Shown here in pieces: positions 12,301 to 25,490 of a DNA stretch of 64,000 bases (positions are counted from its first letter, which is position 1; each line of letters opens with the position of its first letter). The position numbers and the translations under genes were made by a program. Origin of the DNA: Vicugna vicugna (taxonomy: Eukaryota). The notes beneath the pieces were generated by a model. That model saw only the letters and a list, made by a program, of their open reading frames with translations, searched no databases and was not told the origin of the DNA. The stretch spans positions 1,812,960 through 1,876,959 of the forward strand of contig MU059403.1 in NCBI GenBank assembly GCA_013265495.1, read 5' to 3'.

Positions 12301-13789
12301 CGTCAGATGTAAAAGGAATGTGTCTTGTGACTTCGTTTCCATGAAAGTCCTGGGACGAGCAGAGCGTACAGCGCACAGATCAGCGGCTCACGGGGCCGGT
12401 GTTGTGCGTTAGTCAGGGGTCCAGAGGAGAGACCCAGCGGGGAGGCCAGGAGGGTGCGGGCGGAGGCTTGCGCGCTGGGTGGTCCCTGCACCTCGTTCCC
12501 GCACCTGCATCGCCTCCCCGGCAGCAGCGGTGCGATGGTGCGGGGCCTAGTGCTTCCTTAACGCCGAGGTCGAAGCTCCATTTATTTGACTATAAAAAAA
12601 AGGAAACAGAATTGTCTGGTTAATAATAAAAAATTTACAACGTTTATTTTAATATAAAGAAAAGGGGCCTTTGGGGTTGACAGAGTTAAAAATGCAGGAA
12701 TGCTGAGGGACTTGAAAATGATCTACCTCTGCTTGCTCTTCTTGACAGCTTTCCTGTTACTTATGGGGCTCGGGGGATAGTGGCATTCTCTCAGGTCACC
12801 TGTAGAGCATCTGACATTCATTTAGGGGAAGCTGGTTCGTTACAGGAGCTGTAATTTATCGGACTACTTTGGGGGCTGATCAGAAACGCTGGGTTGTCGA
12901 TGCTGCAGGCAGATGTGCGGTGGGTGACGCTCCGGGCGTGTAAATGGCAGCGGGCGCTATTCAGAACAAGGGCCCAGGGTTTTCACAGAGGCTGCGTCGG
13001 TTCTGGTGGCACAGGGGTCCCTGCTCTGCAGGAACCACAGACGATGGAGCTGAATTTGGAACCAATGCCGATTTTTTGTTTATGATATTGTGACAGTGTC
13101 ACTGATCACTGCATGTCCACCGAAGCCTCAGGCGCAGTCTGTCACAGGACGAAGCACAGCCCCCGCCAAGGCCGTCTGCGCAGGCTAGCCGACCATCAGC
13201 GACAAACGCGGCGGGCACCGGCACGACCGACACTGCCGTCCTGTGCAAATGGAGACAGAGGGAAATCGCTAAGACTCGCACGACAAAGAACGCTTATAAC
13301 AAGAGTGGTTTTCCCGTCTCAATTCTAAATCAGGCTCTTCCCCGGAAAAGCACTTTTTTCTTCGCCGAGGGACTTGCAAGACCCGTACTAGCACCACGAC
13401 AGGAAGCTACTGAGAGCAGAACAGACCACGAGCTAGACTGAGTTTCCCCGTCTGACTGCAGGGTGCGTGGACCGGGCCCCGAGGAGACAGACCCGCCAGC
13501 GCTTCACAGCTGCCGGGGGAGGGGGTCTCCTGTTGTTTCCCCTTTTTGATTATGAAGATAAAACCAAAATCGGACTAAGCCCTTTGATGATCGCTTCCCA
13601 CACGTGGGAAAATGTTTCCTGGGGCCGCCATGGGCCTGAGCCCCGAGCAGGGCTCCAAGGGGCCGACGAGCCCATCAGAGCTGCCCTCTGTGTCTGTGAA
13701 GAAGGGAGGGTTTCCACATCCGGGTTCCTAGGAGCCGAGTCAGGTTCTCTGAGGATCATGACTGGAGGTGAGTGCTTTCTCTCACGAAT

Positions 13790-13882
13790 GAGAGACCGAG
13801 GGACAGAGAGGGACAGAGAGACCGGGAGAGGCAGAGGGGAAGAGAGACGGAGAGACTGGGGAGGGGGGAGACGGGGGAGACA
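13790..13882. repeat. GA-rich simple repeat
   Basis: gagagaccgagggacagagagggacagagagaccgggagagg... Confidence 0.75.
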
Positions 13883-16800
13883 GAACTTCACGACGCCCTG
13901 TGTGCCTGTTTGCCTGTTTGCTTCTCAGGCCCGGGGGATCGGCCGCGGGTCCCAGGGCCGGGGAGACGGCAGAAGAGCGCGCGTTTCATGACCGCCTGCT
14001 TCGCTCCCCGGGGTCAGGTTCCACCTGGTTTATTAAAGCTGAAGTGCAGCACAGGGTGTGAATGACGTCCTCGGGGTGAGAACAACTGTGTGAAACAACA
14101 AAACGTCGCGCTTGAGGAAAAATAAAACAGCCCCCAGTCAGCAGGAGCCCTCTCTGGGAGCCGCGCCCGCTCCGCGTGGCCCAGCAGGGCGTGAGGTCGG
14201 CCGCTCTGCCGGTCGGCCTCGGGCGTGGCCCCGCGCACGCGTGGTCCTCAGTGTGCACGGAGCACATCGCGGGCTTAGCAGCGCGGATGAAATTCCCTTG
14301 TATAGAAATTTGGCTCAAAACACATCATTTGACATTAATTTTGTACGCTTGACTTGAATACAAATAACATTCATCCTGAGGCGGAAAATACATTTGTAAT
14401 TAACTGGGTGAAGGTCACGGGGCAGCAAGCTCTCCTCCCCACCAGCGGCCTGGGCAGGAACGCGGCCGAGTGTGGTGGTTCCGTCTGCACCGTTCATCCG
14501 GCCTGCAAAGCTTTGCGCTGATTTCACTGGCTCTTGCTGGCGCACAGGGAGGTGCAAAGTTTGAGATGTTTATGTTGCGACCAGCAGCTTGGCGACTGTT
14601 TTATTTCTGTTTTTTTCATCGGTGGTTTAAGTACATCCCGAGAGAGGGCCCAGGCTGCACGCTCTGGCTCAGCTCCCGGGAGTCAGTGAGCAGCCCTGGG
14701 GACAGAGGGCCTGCTGCCGAGTCAGGTCTCTGACTGACGGATGCTCGTTTGTCCCCGTCGCTCCCAGGGAGCAGGAAATCGCAGCCTGCCCTGAGGTCTC
14801 CCTGGAGCGACCACCGGACTGTTTCTCTGGATTTCTGGCCGCTTCACATGGTCCCTGGAAGTTCCAACGCCAAGCTGGGTCACAGGGCTCCTGCCGTCCC
14901 CCCCCCCGTGCCATCCACCCTGAGTTCTCTTTCTGCCCTCGCCCAGGCAGCCATCTGACCCAGCAAATGTCCACACTGGTCCAGAGCCTTTTAAGTGCCC
15001 CTCTTCTCGAGGCCTTCCTGACACTTCCTCAGAGCAGATGGTCCCGTTGTTGCTGTTTCCAGGTCCTGTGTCACCGTCACCATCACTGGGCACCCCCAGG
15101 CTCAGCCAGGATGCCCCAGCCCCACCCCACACACCAGCATCTGGGAGTGCTCCCCAGCGCTCAGTGCTGGCAGCTGGGCACCTTGTGGGCACCTCCCCCG
15201 AGGGCGGGGCTCTAGGCAGAGGGACCACGTTCCCTTCAGGGGCTCCTGTCAGCTCACTCTCGGTGTCAGCCCCACACCCTTCCTTCCCACCAGATTTATA
15301 AGGTCCTAATTTACATCCCGGCAAGGCTCACCTGGAAGTCCTCTCATGGGCTTCCTGCCTCTTGTCCCCCCTGCAATCAGGAAACTGGAAGGTCAGGACC
15401 TTACGCTCGACTGCACGCAGCCTTACCAGGGTGGCGCGGCTGCCTCCAGCCTCCAGACTTCAGCCCCCGGCCTCCAGCCTCCCCAGCTCCAGGCCCCCGG
15501 GGCCAGCCCCAGGGAGTGAGGTGCTGGCACCTGGGCCTTCACCCCACGTGAGCTGAGAGAACAGCCCATCTGGATGGAGGAGCCGAAGGCCTGAGCGCTA
15601 AGGAGAGAAACGACTGTCGTCTCATCGTGTGTAACGGAGCTGAGACCTCCGGGGAGTCGTCTGTGTCTCTCGAGTGCGGAACCTTCTAACCAGCGTCACA
15701 GTTGCAGACCCCCCACGGGCTCACACCGGACTGTACCTTCACGCAGTCATAAGCGTAGCGAGGACAACGATCTGGCCATTTTGCTTTGTTTTGGTTAGTT
15801 GTGAGTGAATAGAATTCTCGGGGGAAAATAACCGTTTCTTAGGTTTTCCTTTAAGGCGGGGAGGGCGATTAAGCCGCAGCGGAGGGAAGAGCCAGACCCC
15901 AGCCCGCGCTGTCCGCTGAGCTGCCCCAGGCCAGGTTGCTGTCTCCACACTTTCTACAGGCGTCTTGCATTCTGGAGGTTCCCTTGGATGAGGTTTCCAG
16001 TGAGCACAGATGATTTGGTTTTTGCAGTGCTTCTCAGCCACACGTGCGGAGGACTTCCCAGGCTGCAGCTTGCTGGTCGCTGCCAAGGCCCCATCACAGA
16101 GCAACAGCATTTTCTTACGTGCGGACAGAAGAGGCTGGCACGGGGCCAGGATGCTCGGGCGACAAGAGCCTCCCGTCAGGGGCGAAAGTCAGGGTCCGGG
16201 TCACTGGGCACCAGGACTCACAGGACCACAGAAGCGGGGTGACCGGCCTGCTGGCAGATGCAGACGCCTTTCCAGGTCATTTAAGCAGATCAGACGGCAT
16301 CTCCACCCCACCCCCCCGTCGCTGTTACCACCCGGCCAGTCTCCGCACAGCTGGCTTCTGCTTCCACACGCGGGACTTTCTGTGTAGTTAATTCTCTCCC
16401 ATGGATGCCTGGTCACCCTCCTCACCCCCAGCCCAGGCGTCAAGCAGAGCGTGTGACGAGAGCCGCGGTTTGTGGACACCTGCTCTGTGCCGGGCGCGGA
16501 CTCAGATGTCTCTGTGCGCGGTCCCTAATTCCAAGGCTGCTACCGAGTGCATGGTTTGCTACAGTCTTGGAGCGTCTCTTGGTCCTTGCGAAGCCCCGGG
16601 AGCTCCGGACCTTTGCTGACCTTCCCGAGGCTGTGAGGCCCATGACCCAGGAGAGTGTGGCTATGTCGCGACCTTCCGAAACTTCACCCAGAATCCTGAG
16701 TGGACACACTCCCTCATCCTTCCATCCTCCACCTGTTCCCGAAATTCCACCAAAGAGGAAGCTTTTGGGATCCAAGGGCAATGACTGATACGCTGTGGGA

Positions 16801-18189
16801 AACAGGACATTGCAGAGACTTGAGTATTTAAGGACATGACTTTGCAGCCTTGTAGAGGCTCCTGTCACCAGACGATGCAACTGACATCACACAATTTTCA
16901 CTAAAACTATAGTAGATTTTGGACATTGTATCCTTATAGTCTGAGCCATTCATTAGCACCTTAATAGTAACCCAGGTCCCCACCATCTGGGGGCCCCTGC
17001 AAGCCTTTCTGCCCCAGCCCCGCCCTAAGGAGCCCACCTTCCGTGCAGATTGGGAAGGGCCTGCTGGTGCTGCCTTTGACCCAGGAGTTCTGTTTTCTGT
17101 GACCTTAAATTACAGCGGCGACGACGTTCATACACCTGTGATGGGAAATTGTAACGGTGGCACGCGTCCCAGGGTCCACAAGCGGTCACTCTGAGACAGC
17201 ACGGCACAGAGGGCGGGGACCTGCCCCAGCCGCTGGCCCCCCGGTGCCCGCTTCCCGATGAGAAGGCGGAGTCCTTGAAGGCAGGAGCTTGAAATTACCC
17301 TCCACCTCACTTGGCCTGCGTGGATAGTATTTCAAAGAGGTAAATGATGAAGTGCAGACACTTAATTTGGCCACCACAGTCAGTGCATTTAGATGCATTT
17401 TGGACGACTCGTGTGCCAGTTTGGATAAACAAGCGTGATCCAGGATGAAAGGCCAGTGTTACATCCTCAGCCCGCACCTTCCCCTCTGGGTGATCTGCTC
17501 CACTGTTGATTTGCACTGATCCTCTAAAGGGACCTTAATAGACACTTCTCTCTGCACTGTTGGCTCTGGTTCTCACTTGGCCTTAATTGTGACCTATTTG
17601 GGAGGTTTTTATGTGAACTTTATCTAGAAAAAGAATATAACTTTAGATACTAACAAATAGGGAAATGAATCCATCCTTTCCCCTTTAGGGAAAATGGAAT
17701 GTTCCAGAACCTAGGATTCCCTGAAGTTAAATTGTGTTTCTCTTGTAACTAACAAGGAATTAAGGCACCCCCTCTGTCAGGCCCGTTCGCCTGGTCCTGA
17801 GCTCAGCGGCCCACCGGGTGAGAATCAGGGTTTTATTAAGGGCCCAGAAGTGCTCCGGCATCGCTCCCCACCCCTGTGTCTGCCATCAGTCGTCCGGCTC
17901 ACACCTGTAGGACAGTGTGCAGCACCTGGCAAGCGACTGATGTCGGCAAACGTTAAATAAATTCTCCTTAAGACCACGAGTCTGTACACGGTGCCGGCCC
18001 CGTGGGTGGCCGTGTAGACGTCCGGTTGCACAGGGGGGCCTGAGATCCGGAGACCTGCCCCTGCCCTCTGTGGAGCAACGCAGAGCATGACCTGCGTTCT
18101 TCTAGACTATTTAAAATTTAATATTCCAACTCAGAGTTGCTTTAACTTGAGCCAGCTGTCAGCCCAAATGGCTTCATTTTACTCTAATA

Positions 18190-18250
18190 TTTCTTCTTTT
18201 TCTTTTCCATTTTTTTAATTGAAGTCTAAGTTGGTTTACAATGTTACTCT
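18190..18250 (-). mobile_element. short LINE-1 3' tail remnant (poly-T side)
   Basis: T-rich run then 'ttttttaattgaagtctaagttggtttacaatgtt', the reverse complement of an L1 3' end. Confidence 0.5.
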
Positions 18251-18732
18251 GATATTCCAACACACTTATAACTCATTGTAAATACTTCCACTTAAACTTT
18301 TACTCATATTCTCAGTGTAATTCATCACCCTTGTCTTGTTTCTTCCTTGGGGACCACAAATTACTCTACACCCACGTTCAGCCTGGTGGCACGGGACGGG
18401 CGCTCGCCCAGACCCGCTCCCCTGGAACGGAAGCGCTGCCGGGGTCTTGCTTCGAGACCCCGTGGTCAGCGACAAGGGCCTTCCTGAAGGAGCACTGACA
18501 GGGCCCTTCCTCACTGCCTTCCTCATGCACACTCCCAGTCCCGCGATGGATAACGTGCAGAAGAGCGTCCGCTCTGCCTCCTCTTGAACTCACGTGAGGA
18601 AGGGGCAGCCCGCGGGACCGCGGCTCCAGGGATGACGACTGGGGGGAGGCGGGGCGCCTTTATCCCTCGGCTGGGAACGCCGGATTGTTGATTTCCCGTT
18701 CGCCGTTACCTACAGGGCACAAATACAAATAT

Positions 18733-18734
<2 letters not shown>

Positions 18735-18768
<34 letters not shown>
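18735..18768. repeat. (GT)17 microsatellite followed by a short (AT) run
   Basis: perfect GT run seen directly; Z-DNA-prone. Confidence 0.95.
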
Positions 18769-18774
<6 letters not shown>

Positions 18775-19880
18775 ATATGTATATATATAATTTTCAAACT
18801 CAAGAAACTCTCATCTGAAAAATGACCTGCAGGTGCACTGCTAGCTCCTCAAAGGCCGTCTGTGGCCCCGGCGGTGCCCCTTCACTCGTCACCCGCTGGA
18901 GGAGCACGAACTCAGGGCCGCGCTGACCTGGCACAGGGACACAGACCTGGTGCCGTGCATGTTCCCGCACTTCCCTCCCAGTGACGTCCCCAGAACAGCA
19001 AGTCTCTGAGTGCAGACCCAGTGGATTCAGGGGTTTTGCATGCACCTTGGAATCCTTTCTCAGGAGAATGTGGTGGTGATAATGAAGGAAAATGGGTCAC
19101 CAGGGTGGAGAGGAGCAAGAATTCACTAGGGGGCCAAGCCCCTTCCCAACACAGGCTTTCTGTGAAGGGCGGGGTGGGTGCTGCTTCGCGACGTGTCTGG
19201 AGGAGCGAGCACCCTCGGGCAAGCGGGAGCCCCTGTGCAAAGTCCTTCGTCACCCGCGAGGGGTCCGAGGACTGTGCTGGCAGCACTGACTGACAGCAGG
19301 ATGGGTGACGGATGGCAGGGGAGCACGCTCTGCTCAGCTCTCTTCCGTGCTCTGACACTATTCCGAGGAATGGTCAGCCTCAGCCACGGCTCCCTTGTGC
19401 AGGAGCGCGGCCTCCAGACACAGAGGTGAGAGACGACACGAGACTCCCCTTACTTCCTAGCTTTTCCCTCGTACGCGCTCCACGCCTGCCGCTGACGGGG
19501 CTCGCTGGGCGGAGGGACAGCACAACATCTTTGGAATTACGTTCTAAGGAGTCCGTCTGTCAATGAATCAGGACGCACCCACAGCAGCTTGGGAGGTGGG
19601 AGAGGAGGCTTGGGGTCCTTCCTGGCTCGGGGCATAAAGGAGAGATGTTTCTTTTCTAGACAAAATTGGCAGATTTCAGGAGCATCTCGAGTTCCTACAG
19701 CACCTGGGAAGGTGGGCTGGGAATCTGCTGTGTGTCTCAGGAAGTTTGTGACCACAGCCAGCAAAGTGCAAAGGTTAAGTATCGAGTATAATTTGGATAA
19801 ATCATCAAGATTTCAAGAAAGTCATCTGCTAGTGTTCTGTCCATTAAAAAAAAGCTTATGATTACTACTAACTCATACGG

Positions 19881-20272
19881 CATATTAATCAGGATTCTCT
19901 AGAAAACAGATCCAGTAGAGTGGAGGGAGAGAGGGGGAGGGAGATGGATATTAAGGAGGCGATTCAGTCGATCGTGGCAGTTGGCACAGCCCAAATCCTG
20001 AGGGCGGCCTGGAAGCCTGGGGATGCAGGAAGGGCAGGTGCTGTAGCCTGATTCCAAAGGGCATCTGAAGAAGGATTTCCTCGTCCTCGGGAGAACTTGG
20101 CCTTTTCTCTTAATGCTGTCACCTGATTGGATGTGGCCCACCCACATCAGCGAAGGGCACCTGCTTTACTACTCATCCATGCAGCCCCGTCCCAGAAACA
20201 TCTAGACAGGCGTCTGACCAAATATCCGGGTACCGCGGCCTGGCCAGGTTGGCACAAAAACTTAACCTTCAT
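19881..20272 (-). mobile_element. MLT2 (ERVL) solo LTR, MLT2D/B-like
   Basis: begins 'catattaatcaggattctctagaaaacaga'; contains 'tgattggatgtggcccacccacatc' and 'acatctagacaggcgtctgaccaaa'; ends 'aacttaaccttca'. Reverse complement of the MLT2 consensus as recalled. Confidence 0.85.
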
Positions 20273-21215
20273 CCACAGTGCAGACACTGCGGAGCACACC
20301 AGTGAGATCAGGGCCAGGCAGAGCTGGGATGGGGCAGGGCGTGGTGCCGCGGGCCCGGCGCCTGCCCCCGCCGGGACTCAGGAGGAAGACTGACTGCACC
20401 TAGTCACGCAGGCGGGCACAGCACTCACCCCCGCTCTTCCTCAATCTTCGCGATGACTCTAAAGGGAGAGGCTGCTCTTCTCACCGCTTCTCGGATGACA
20501 GAGCTGACCTTTAGGGAGGGGTCGTGCTAGGGAGTGAGACAGCTCAGCTGGAGCCTGGTCTGCTTCCCAGGGGACACCCTCGGCCACTGTGACCTAACCT
20601 GGGGGCCGTGGGCGGGGGCGGCTGGGGATCGAAAACCCGTTAACACTTCCCAACACCTGCTTTCACACCTGCTGTGTCCTGCACACCCGGCTGATTATTT
20701 TCATGGATACGTGTGAGGTGAGGTGCACTTTGTAGCTGTTCCAGATGTCGGGAGACCTCGGCTGGTTCCGTTTCTCCCGTTCCAAGTGCGGCGGTCCTGT
20801 CCATCCCTCATACCTCACACCCGCCAGATCTGCCGGCCTCATGCTCCGCCTCTGAGGCGCGAGCTTCCCCTGTGGACCCGTCTCCTCCCTGCTCCCCCTC
20901 CCGCTGGGACGGCAGTGAGGCTGTGGGCGAGGGGGAGTCGGAAAGGGAGTGACGCAAGTGCAAACCACACGGGTCCTTGAGAAGCTCCTGAAGACAACCC
21001 CTGCGTGAAAGATCAATGAGGGATCCTGGGCCGGGGGGGGGGCTGCTTGTAAAAGGAGAGCCCATGGCCCGTCGCCCAGAGTGAGCGCGAGGTGTGTGCT
21101 GCAGGACACAGGGAATAAGTGGTTGAAACAGGGCTTCAGTCATCATCGGATATGCCCACAGCTCCAGCATGAGTGGGGAACAACAGAGTGACTGCCTGCC
21201 CAGGGTGCACGGGGG

Positions 21216-21295
21216 CGGAGGCGGGTGCGTCCCGGTGCAGGCGCGCCCAGAGACGGAGGCGGGTGCGTCCTGGGGCAGGTGCGCACGGAGGCAGG
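21216..21295. repeat. small tandem duplication (about 2.3 copies of a 32-38 bp unit)
   Basis: cggaggcgggtgcgtcc..cagg.gcgc at 21216 and 21254, partial copy at 21286. Confidence 0.75.
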
Positions 21296-22618
21296 AGGAT
21301 GAGTCCTGGTCCCAGGTGAGCATGGAGAGGGTATGGCTGAATGAACACCGGCGAGGCCTCAACAGGCACCTTCCTTTAAGTGAGAAGGTTCTCCGGAGCC
21401 CTGTGCGGACCTGGCACAGTTCCTGAGTCTGACCCTGCGGCCAGCTCCAGTGAACAGCTCCATGGCCTGGGCCCTGCGTCCTGGGTCCTGAGTCAGATGG
21501 ATGGACCCTCTTCATGAGCCACCAGGCACCTCAGCTGCCTGCGCCCAGGAGGTGTGTCTGACAGCCTTCTTGGGGCCACCCGTGGACTGGGCCCCTGGCG
21601 GCTGTGCCCCAGCCCAGCTCCACCTGCTGCTCCCCAGGCAGCTGCCCGCCCCGACCACCCCGGCAGGCCGTTGCATGCAGCCTTCATGCGTCGGAACACA
21701 CACCCCCTGACTCGCTATGAGGAGGTCTGTGACCAAACGGAGAGGGACCCCAGTGCTGCAGGGGTTGAAACTCAGCCTTGACCTCACGCCTGACTTCTCC
21801 CGGCTTCTCTTAATCCGGGTCTTCACATACGTCAGAGACAACGGTCAGAGGAAGCTCTGTGAAATCATTTTGAATCAATAAGAGAGATTGCTTAACGTAG
21901 CCAACTGAATCTGTGATAAATCATCCTGTTACCTCGGATCCCCACTTTTCATGTTTCTCAACAGGATGTTTTACAATTTAAAGGCAAATGTGTGAAAAAT
22001 GGGTGGTTTCTCAGGTTTTCTCACGTACGTTCAGAGACCCCTCTGTGCTACATGAATGTCTGTGCGGCGTATCTGGAAAACGCGCAGCGCGTCAGGGACG
22101 CTGCTGAAATAGAGCTCTTCTTAAAGGGCACTGATTTTCTCTCACAATTTTCACATTCAGTTCGTGATGAAGGTGCCAAGAACATCACACTGGCCCATCC
22201 ATATGATGACAAATGTCCTTAAGATGAAGAGTACTTCCGTTCGTCAATAAACAAAGCCACGGGCAATAAAAATCACACAAAGGAACACGCATGTCTAAAC
22301 GAATTTGCACGCATGTAGGTAAGCACGTGTGTACACGTGTCACACAGCGTTGGAAGAAATGCTCCTTTATTTAAGTCCTTCCTCCCTGAGAAGAGAGCCC
22401 CGCGGGCCCCTGGCCCGCACAGACAAGGGGCAGCAGTGGTCCAGACAGCCGCCTCCTCAGGTCGCGTCGCTGCTGCTTGTCCGATTTCTGGTTTCCAGAA
22501 CCTTCTTTACTCAGGGTTTGTCAGGCCTACGGAGGACGTGCCGGGTGAGATGATGGACGGGACCTTGAGGCTGCAGACCTGGGCCAAGGCTGCACTTGCC
22601 AGGCTCTGCTCACTGCGC

Positions 22619-22717
22619 TTTATTTCAGACAACCACGCCTTTTCCCAACACGCATCGCCTTAACCAGATCCTTGTCCTCCCCCAGGGAGTCCCGCCTCTT
22701 TGGGAGCGAGTTTTATT
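22619..22717 (-). terminator. two AATAAA poly(A) signals on the minus strand
   Basis: tttatt at 22619-22624 and 22712-22717 within GC-rich context. Confidence 0.25.
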
Positions 22718-25379
22718 GCTACAGGCCGTGGAGGCCGGGCCCTGCAGACCGGGACTGGCCCTGGGCCCCGAGGCAGCGGGGCCGCTGAGCACAGCCGCCG
22801 GACGCCGGCTGGGTCCCTGGCACATGGAACCGAGCTTACAGGGTTAGGAGACACCAGCTCTGGCTCTTTGAAGACGACATACGGACTTTAAATTTTAAGG
22901 AGCTTGAGCGTCTCACTCCTGCCCAGGCCCCGCAGCAAGGGGCAGAGAGCCGCCGCGCCGCGCTCGCTCGGCGTCGCTCCTGCCGCCCTGAGCGGCCCCG
23001 GGGCCGGGCAGCTGGGAGGACGGGCGCGTTCTCAGCCGGGGAGTGAGCCGCGCGCTGCTGCGCACGCCAGGCCCGGGAAGACCACGGGAGTGTTCCCAGG
23101 TTTGGAGAAAGTGAGAGCTTTGGTGGCGCGTCCAGGCTGTGTCCCCAGGGCTCCTGGATGACGGGACCCCCCCGCCAGGAGACCGGCTGTGCTCTCCGCA
23201 CACTCGGCTCGGGCAGAGCCGTGTGGCTGCCTCCTCCTTTGAAGGCCCACAGCCCAGGGCTGCGTGGACTTCCCACATGTGGCTGGCGTTTCTAAGGACA
23301 TCTCGATTTCAGTCCCCGGCATGCGGCTCACAGAGGTCATCTGTGTTCCTGCCCGGAGCGGAGGCCCCCTTCCAGAGGGGGCTGAGCAGACACTTCTCCA
23401 TCCGGAGGAAACCCCTGAGTTAGGCAGCGGGAGAGACGCGTGCCCTCTGGTGCACGGAGTCGGGAGAAGCGCGCACTTCCTGACTTTCTCAGACAAGCGC
23501 CGACTCCAACGGCAAAGTGCTTTCAAGCCCCTGGGGCTGTGAGCGTCTCTGACGTGCAGCCTTTCCGCCCCAGTTTTCATGGTGTCACGGGAGAAAAACG
23601 GGATTTGTCATTAACACGTTGGTCGTCCACTGTGGATCAGGGGCCCTGAGGAAACTGTCACCCAAAACTGGGTGACATGGTCAACGTGCTGAAGGATCTC
23701 TGAACGTGCAGTGAACGACGCTTTTGTCTCTAGGGGGAGGCTGGGGCCGGGCGGCTGGGGTAGGCCCCCCCACTGCGGACCAAGGAGAGTAGGAGCTCTG
23801 CGCAGGCGGCTGGGAGCCTGGACGGGCACTGGAGGCTCCGCTGAGTACGGGATGGGACCTCGGGCTTATGGTTTTAAACGTCTTTCCTTTTGTTATGATT
23901 CACAGTTCGTCTGCGATGGGTTGTCCATTAAAACGCACGCAGAAGCTGCTCCCTCAGCACGACTGCGCAGGCAGCTCTGCTCTGGATCCTGGAAAATTCC
24001 CAGTTTATCCGGACCGCAGCCTCGTGCCCTGGGTGTGTCTCCGCTCCCCTCCGAGCACCCCGACCCCGTCCACAGGTCTGCAGGCTGGAGCATCCAGGGC
24101 TGAGAGCCTGGGATGAAAGCTGTGCGTCTCCGTCCTCAGAGTCCCTGTCTCCCCCCGACTCTGGGATTGTTTAAAGTCTTCAGGGAGACAGGAGGGTGGC
24201 CTCGCTTGGCTCCCACAGTTTATAATCAGTAAAATGGCCACTGTCATCACCCCGCCAACTTGCAGAAGTGGCCACTCTGGCGTTAGTACCTGGCCTGGGG
24301 GCAAACCTGCCAGTGCCCCCCAGCCCGCTCTGTCCCCCAGAGGGCAGTGGGTGTGGACTTGGCTCAGCATCCGTGGGGAAGAGGGTGCAGCCCTCGTCCC
24401 GCATGGATCTCCCTCCGGGGTCCCGTGGGATGGTCCTCCTGGACCCAGCCTGGGTGCCCAGGAGTGTGGGCTGGGGAAGGGATGGGTTCCTGCTCAGCCA
24501 TGATCTAACGTGGGTCCCGGGCAGGTCTTCTACCCTCCCCAGGCTTCAGTCTCCCCACAGGAAAAATGAGGGAGTTCGGTTAAACACATTTCCCACGTTG
24601 GCTCTAAAACTTGTCTGATTCGAGGGAAGAGGCCATTCTGAGTGAGGGAAGTTGAATTTCTCAGGGACGTTGAAGTGGAGGGGGCTCTGGTGCACGGCCA
24701 ATGCGATACTCATGTCTGCCAATCACAGCCCGTCCGGCACCGGCTTCTGGCAAAGGAAGGGGCTCGGACGGGGGCCTTCGGATTTCCCCCAAGTCCCGGG
24801 ATTCTTGGCGGTTCTGAGCAGAATGAGGAGCTCTCGCCCACCCTGCCCTGATGGCCTGCAATCCGAGGCCTCCACTCGGCTGTTGGGACTTGATGTGAAA
24901 GCGACTCCGTGGTGGCGTGTTTCCAGCTCCTGATTACGCCCATCAGGAGGTCACACGGGCCGTGCCAAGATGCAGTGGTGGCCGCTCTCCCCGGGGGCCG
25001 AGGGCGCCCTGCCCGCACAGGCCACACGCGCGAACGGCTCAGCCCGCTCGCGAGGGAGCAAAGGGGCCGCTGGGTAGGCACGGATGGGAGGGGGGTAATG
25101 AGTGTCTTCAGTGAACCTTCGTCTAAGTTCACTCTTGATTGATGGTTAAAAAAAGATTCCGTTGCCCACAGCCGAGTCCACCCCATAGGTTCACGAAGGG
25201 CCCCCCACCCCATCTTTCAGCGATGCTGTGTTCATGGATTTTAATAGCTTGCATATGGTTCATTCAAATGCAGCCTCAAGGGCGACGTGGGTAAAGTTCA
25301 AAAAGTGGGGGCGGGGAGGTTCGGGGAAGAGATGGAGGCAGTTGTGGTGATTGTAACGGGGGAGAGAAGCGTGTGTCTG

Positions 25380-25490
25380 TGCCAGGTTCAAAAAGGGAGA
25401 AACAGAGACAGAGACAGACAGACCAAGATAGACAGAGAGACAGAGAGACAGACAGAGACAGAGACACAGAGACAGAGACACAGAGACGGG
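25380..25490. repeat. (GAGACA)n-type simple repeat
   Basis: acagagacagagacagacagacc...agagacagagacacagagac. Confidence 0.9.
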
